Below are positions 33,801 through 35,719 of a DNA stretch of 35,719 bases, piece by piece; positions within the stretch are counted from its first letter, which is position 1; each line of letters opens with the position of its first letter. Source of the DNA: Catajapyx aquilonaris (Eukaryota); the NCBI GenBank assembly GCA_000934665.2, contig JYFJ02003985.1:1-35719 (forward strand). Reading direction: 5' to 3'. Position numbers and translations under genes: made by a program. The notes beneath the pieces are model-generated. The model saw nothing but the letters and a program-made list of their open reading frames with translations, was not told where the DNA came from and searched no databases.

Positions 33801-35719
33801 CCCCCTTGCGTCCTCTCATAGCTTGCTCATAGGTCCCTCGCATTACAACCCACCGTCATTCCCTCCCGGCTCTCTTGTAATTACGGCTGTAGTAATAATA
33901 CTGTCCACGGTACGCATCGTGGGCAGGAGTAATATCCGGGGCGGATTCTAAAATTAGGCACCATGAAGATGCCGTGCAAACTGCTGAAGGACCAAGGTCC
34001 ACCAGCTGGGGGACTGGGGAACACACACAACATGGCGCTCCCTCAACGATAACAAGAGGTTCGGGTGGCGTAGCCTCAAGGATCGCATCGTTAGTCAGGC
34101 CACGGCAACCTTGCCTGTCACATGGGGACCATTTACACGGCAACGAGTAGTTGGTCGCTTGGGACAGCATTGCCAACCCATGCACCTCAACACCAGTAGT
34201 ACCAACAGAACCCATTCACACTGACGCTTGTCAGATCAACAATGTAGATGGCCTCTTGATAAAAATCTACCAATGGCAGTCACCAAATCTCACCAGACGC
34301 ATTTGTGACCAGCAGGGGGTGCCGCAAGTGTGTGAACCCCCCAGACGGTGAGAAAGAAGCGGCCAATGGTGTCGATCACCCAGCATCCATTGTGACCAGC
34401 TCGCCTGCAACCATACAGATTCGCATCAAACCACAAACGAGGAAGGGGGGGGGGGGNGGGGATCACCAGAGTATCCGCCCTGTTATACCAGAGGGAAATG
34501 GATGGATGGAAAAAGGGTGGGGTGGGTGGTGGAGGGGAACTAGTGGGATGATCCTTTTGGACCCCTCTTTTGGACTACGCCCGGAGGAACCCTATCCACC
34601 CCAAGAACCCCAAGCGCACACAATGCGAACCCTTTCCATGAGGAATCCAACCCGTTTGCAACGAGCTCAAGGCGTCTTTCATGCCCGCCTCTTTCCCAGT
34701 GGATTTCCACAAGCACTTCAACCGAAGGGTTGCTTGCTTGTCGTGAGAAGAGTGTACACCGAACGAACTGGCATAAAAGAACTGCAAAATCTGATGAATG
34801 GTCATGTGAGTCCAATGACAAATCCATGACTTTTCCCCCCCTTTTGAACCGGGAACTAAACTGCCCAAGCCTGCATTGTACTGTACCCTTCAGTGTTATT
34901 TCATCAAAAATTGGGATTCGAATTAATGACCAAGCACCCAGACCTGCTAGATGTAACCCCTGGCGTTATCAACTCGACAAGGACGAGAGATGTGCCTTCA
35001 CATCTCTCCATTGTTACCCCCGAGGCGTTCCCTACGTAGTGAAACTGCGTGATTGCATCGAGATGATTGATGACCCTTATCTCCTGGTAAGCCCCTGATA
35101 GGCCCTAGAAACCCAGCGCAGTTGATGATCTGAGCTCTCTCTGGGCGGTTTGAAAAACCAGACCACTAATGGCAGTCCCAAGTTGGAGGGGGTGCAATTT
35201 TCAGTTGTAAAAGAGCAGTGCAGCAGGGGCAGGCAGGCAGCTGGAGCGGTTTAATATAAATGAGCCTCCTCGCTGCAAAACCATGAATAATTGAGGACAG
35301 GTAGGGATTCCAATTAGAGCATTGCCGCCTAGGCTTACCTTGTGCCCAACCCTACACAGTGGCAGTGGCATGCTCACATTGGCAATTTTTCATAACCAAG
35401 AATCTTGCAGTTGTTTTTTTTTATTCTGAAAAACGTCTTACTTGTTTGTACATGTTGGGAATTTTTATTGCGCTGATATTTTGAACATGCAATTGCTTTT
35501 TTTTTTGTCACCACATACACTTCCTGCGTCGCTTGCAACCTCTTCTTCCGGAGGGCAGTGGGCACACTCGAGTGCAAGTGCAAAGTCAGCATCAACGTGG
35601 CAACTCCTCTCTCGAAGCCATTTAACCCCCAGTGCTTTCCCCCACCATCCTCCCTAGGTCCCCCCCCTCTGCCATGCCGCCCCCCTTCCGAAATGAAAGG
35701 GGCAGGAAAACAGGCAACG

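Noticed and set aside
33856..35098. Several overlapping 95-174 aa ORFs with donor-like GTGAGT (about 34806) and GTAAGC (about 35087)
   Set aside because: No recognisable protein or retroelement motifs, and I could not build a consistent exon chain. It remains unexplained.
1..35719. Tandem second ph copy (as in Drosophila ph-p/ph-d), CRISPR arrays or prokaryotic operons
   Set aside because: Only one HD1/FCS/SAM set is present, the sequence is spliceosomal-intron eukaryotic DNA, and no regularly spaced repeat-spacer array was seen.

Overview
Eukaryotic (animal, most likely arthropod) genomic DNA. The main feature is an intron-rich polyhomeotic (ph / PHC, a PRC1 Polycomb subunit) gene on the minus strand, with its CDS spanning 15570-26130. 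I reconstructed 12 phase-compatible GT-AG coding exons (2676 nt, 891 aa). They encode a Q/A/P/T-rich N-terminus, the HD1 motif, an FCS zinc finger and a C-terminal SAM domain. There are also two candidate in-frame cassette exons. Other supported features are a tRNA-derived SINE (about 30210-30484), a 101-bp hAT-type MITE with perfect TIRs and an 8-bp TSD (30789-30889), and several microsatellites. A second minus-strand gene may begin downstream of ph, with a candidate ATG exon at 12551-12660 whose first residues resemble the Meis N-terminus. The rest of the window has no recognisable coding sequence. The most interesting observations are three possible routes to a SAM-less Ph around the last intron, a Pho/GAGA motif cluster upstream of ph, a sharp CpG-depletion domain over the 3' half of ph, and a duplicated nuclear-receptor element. 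Everything was read by eye; no searches were run.
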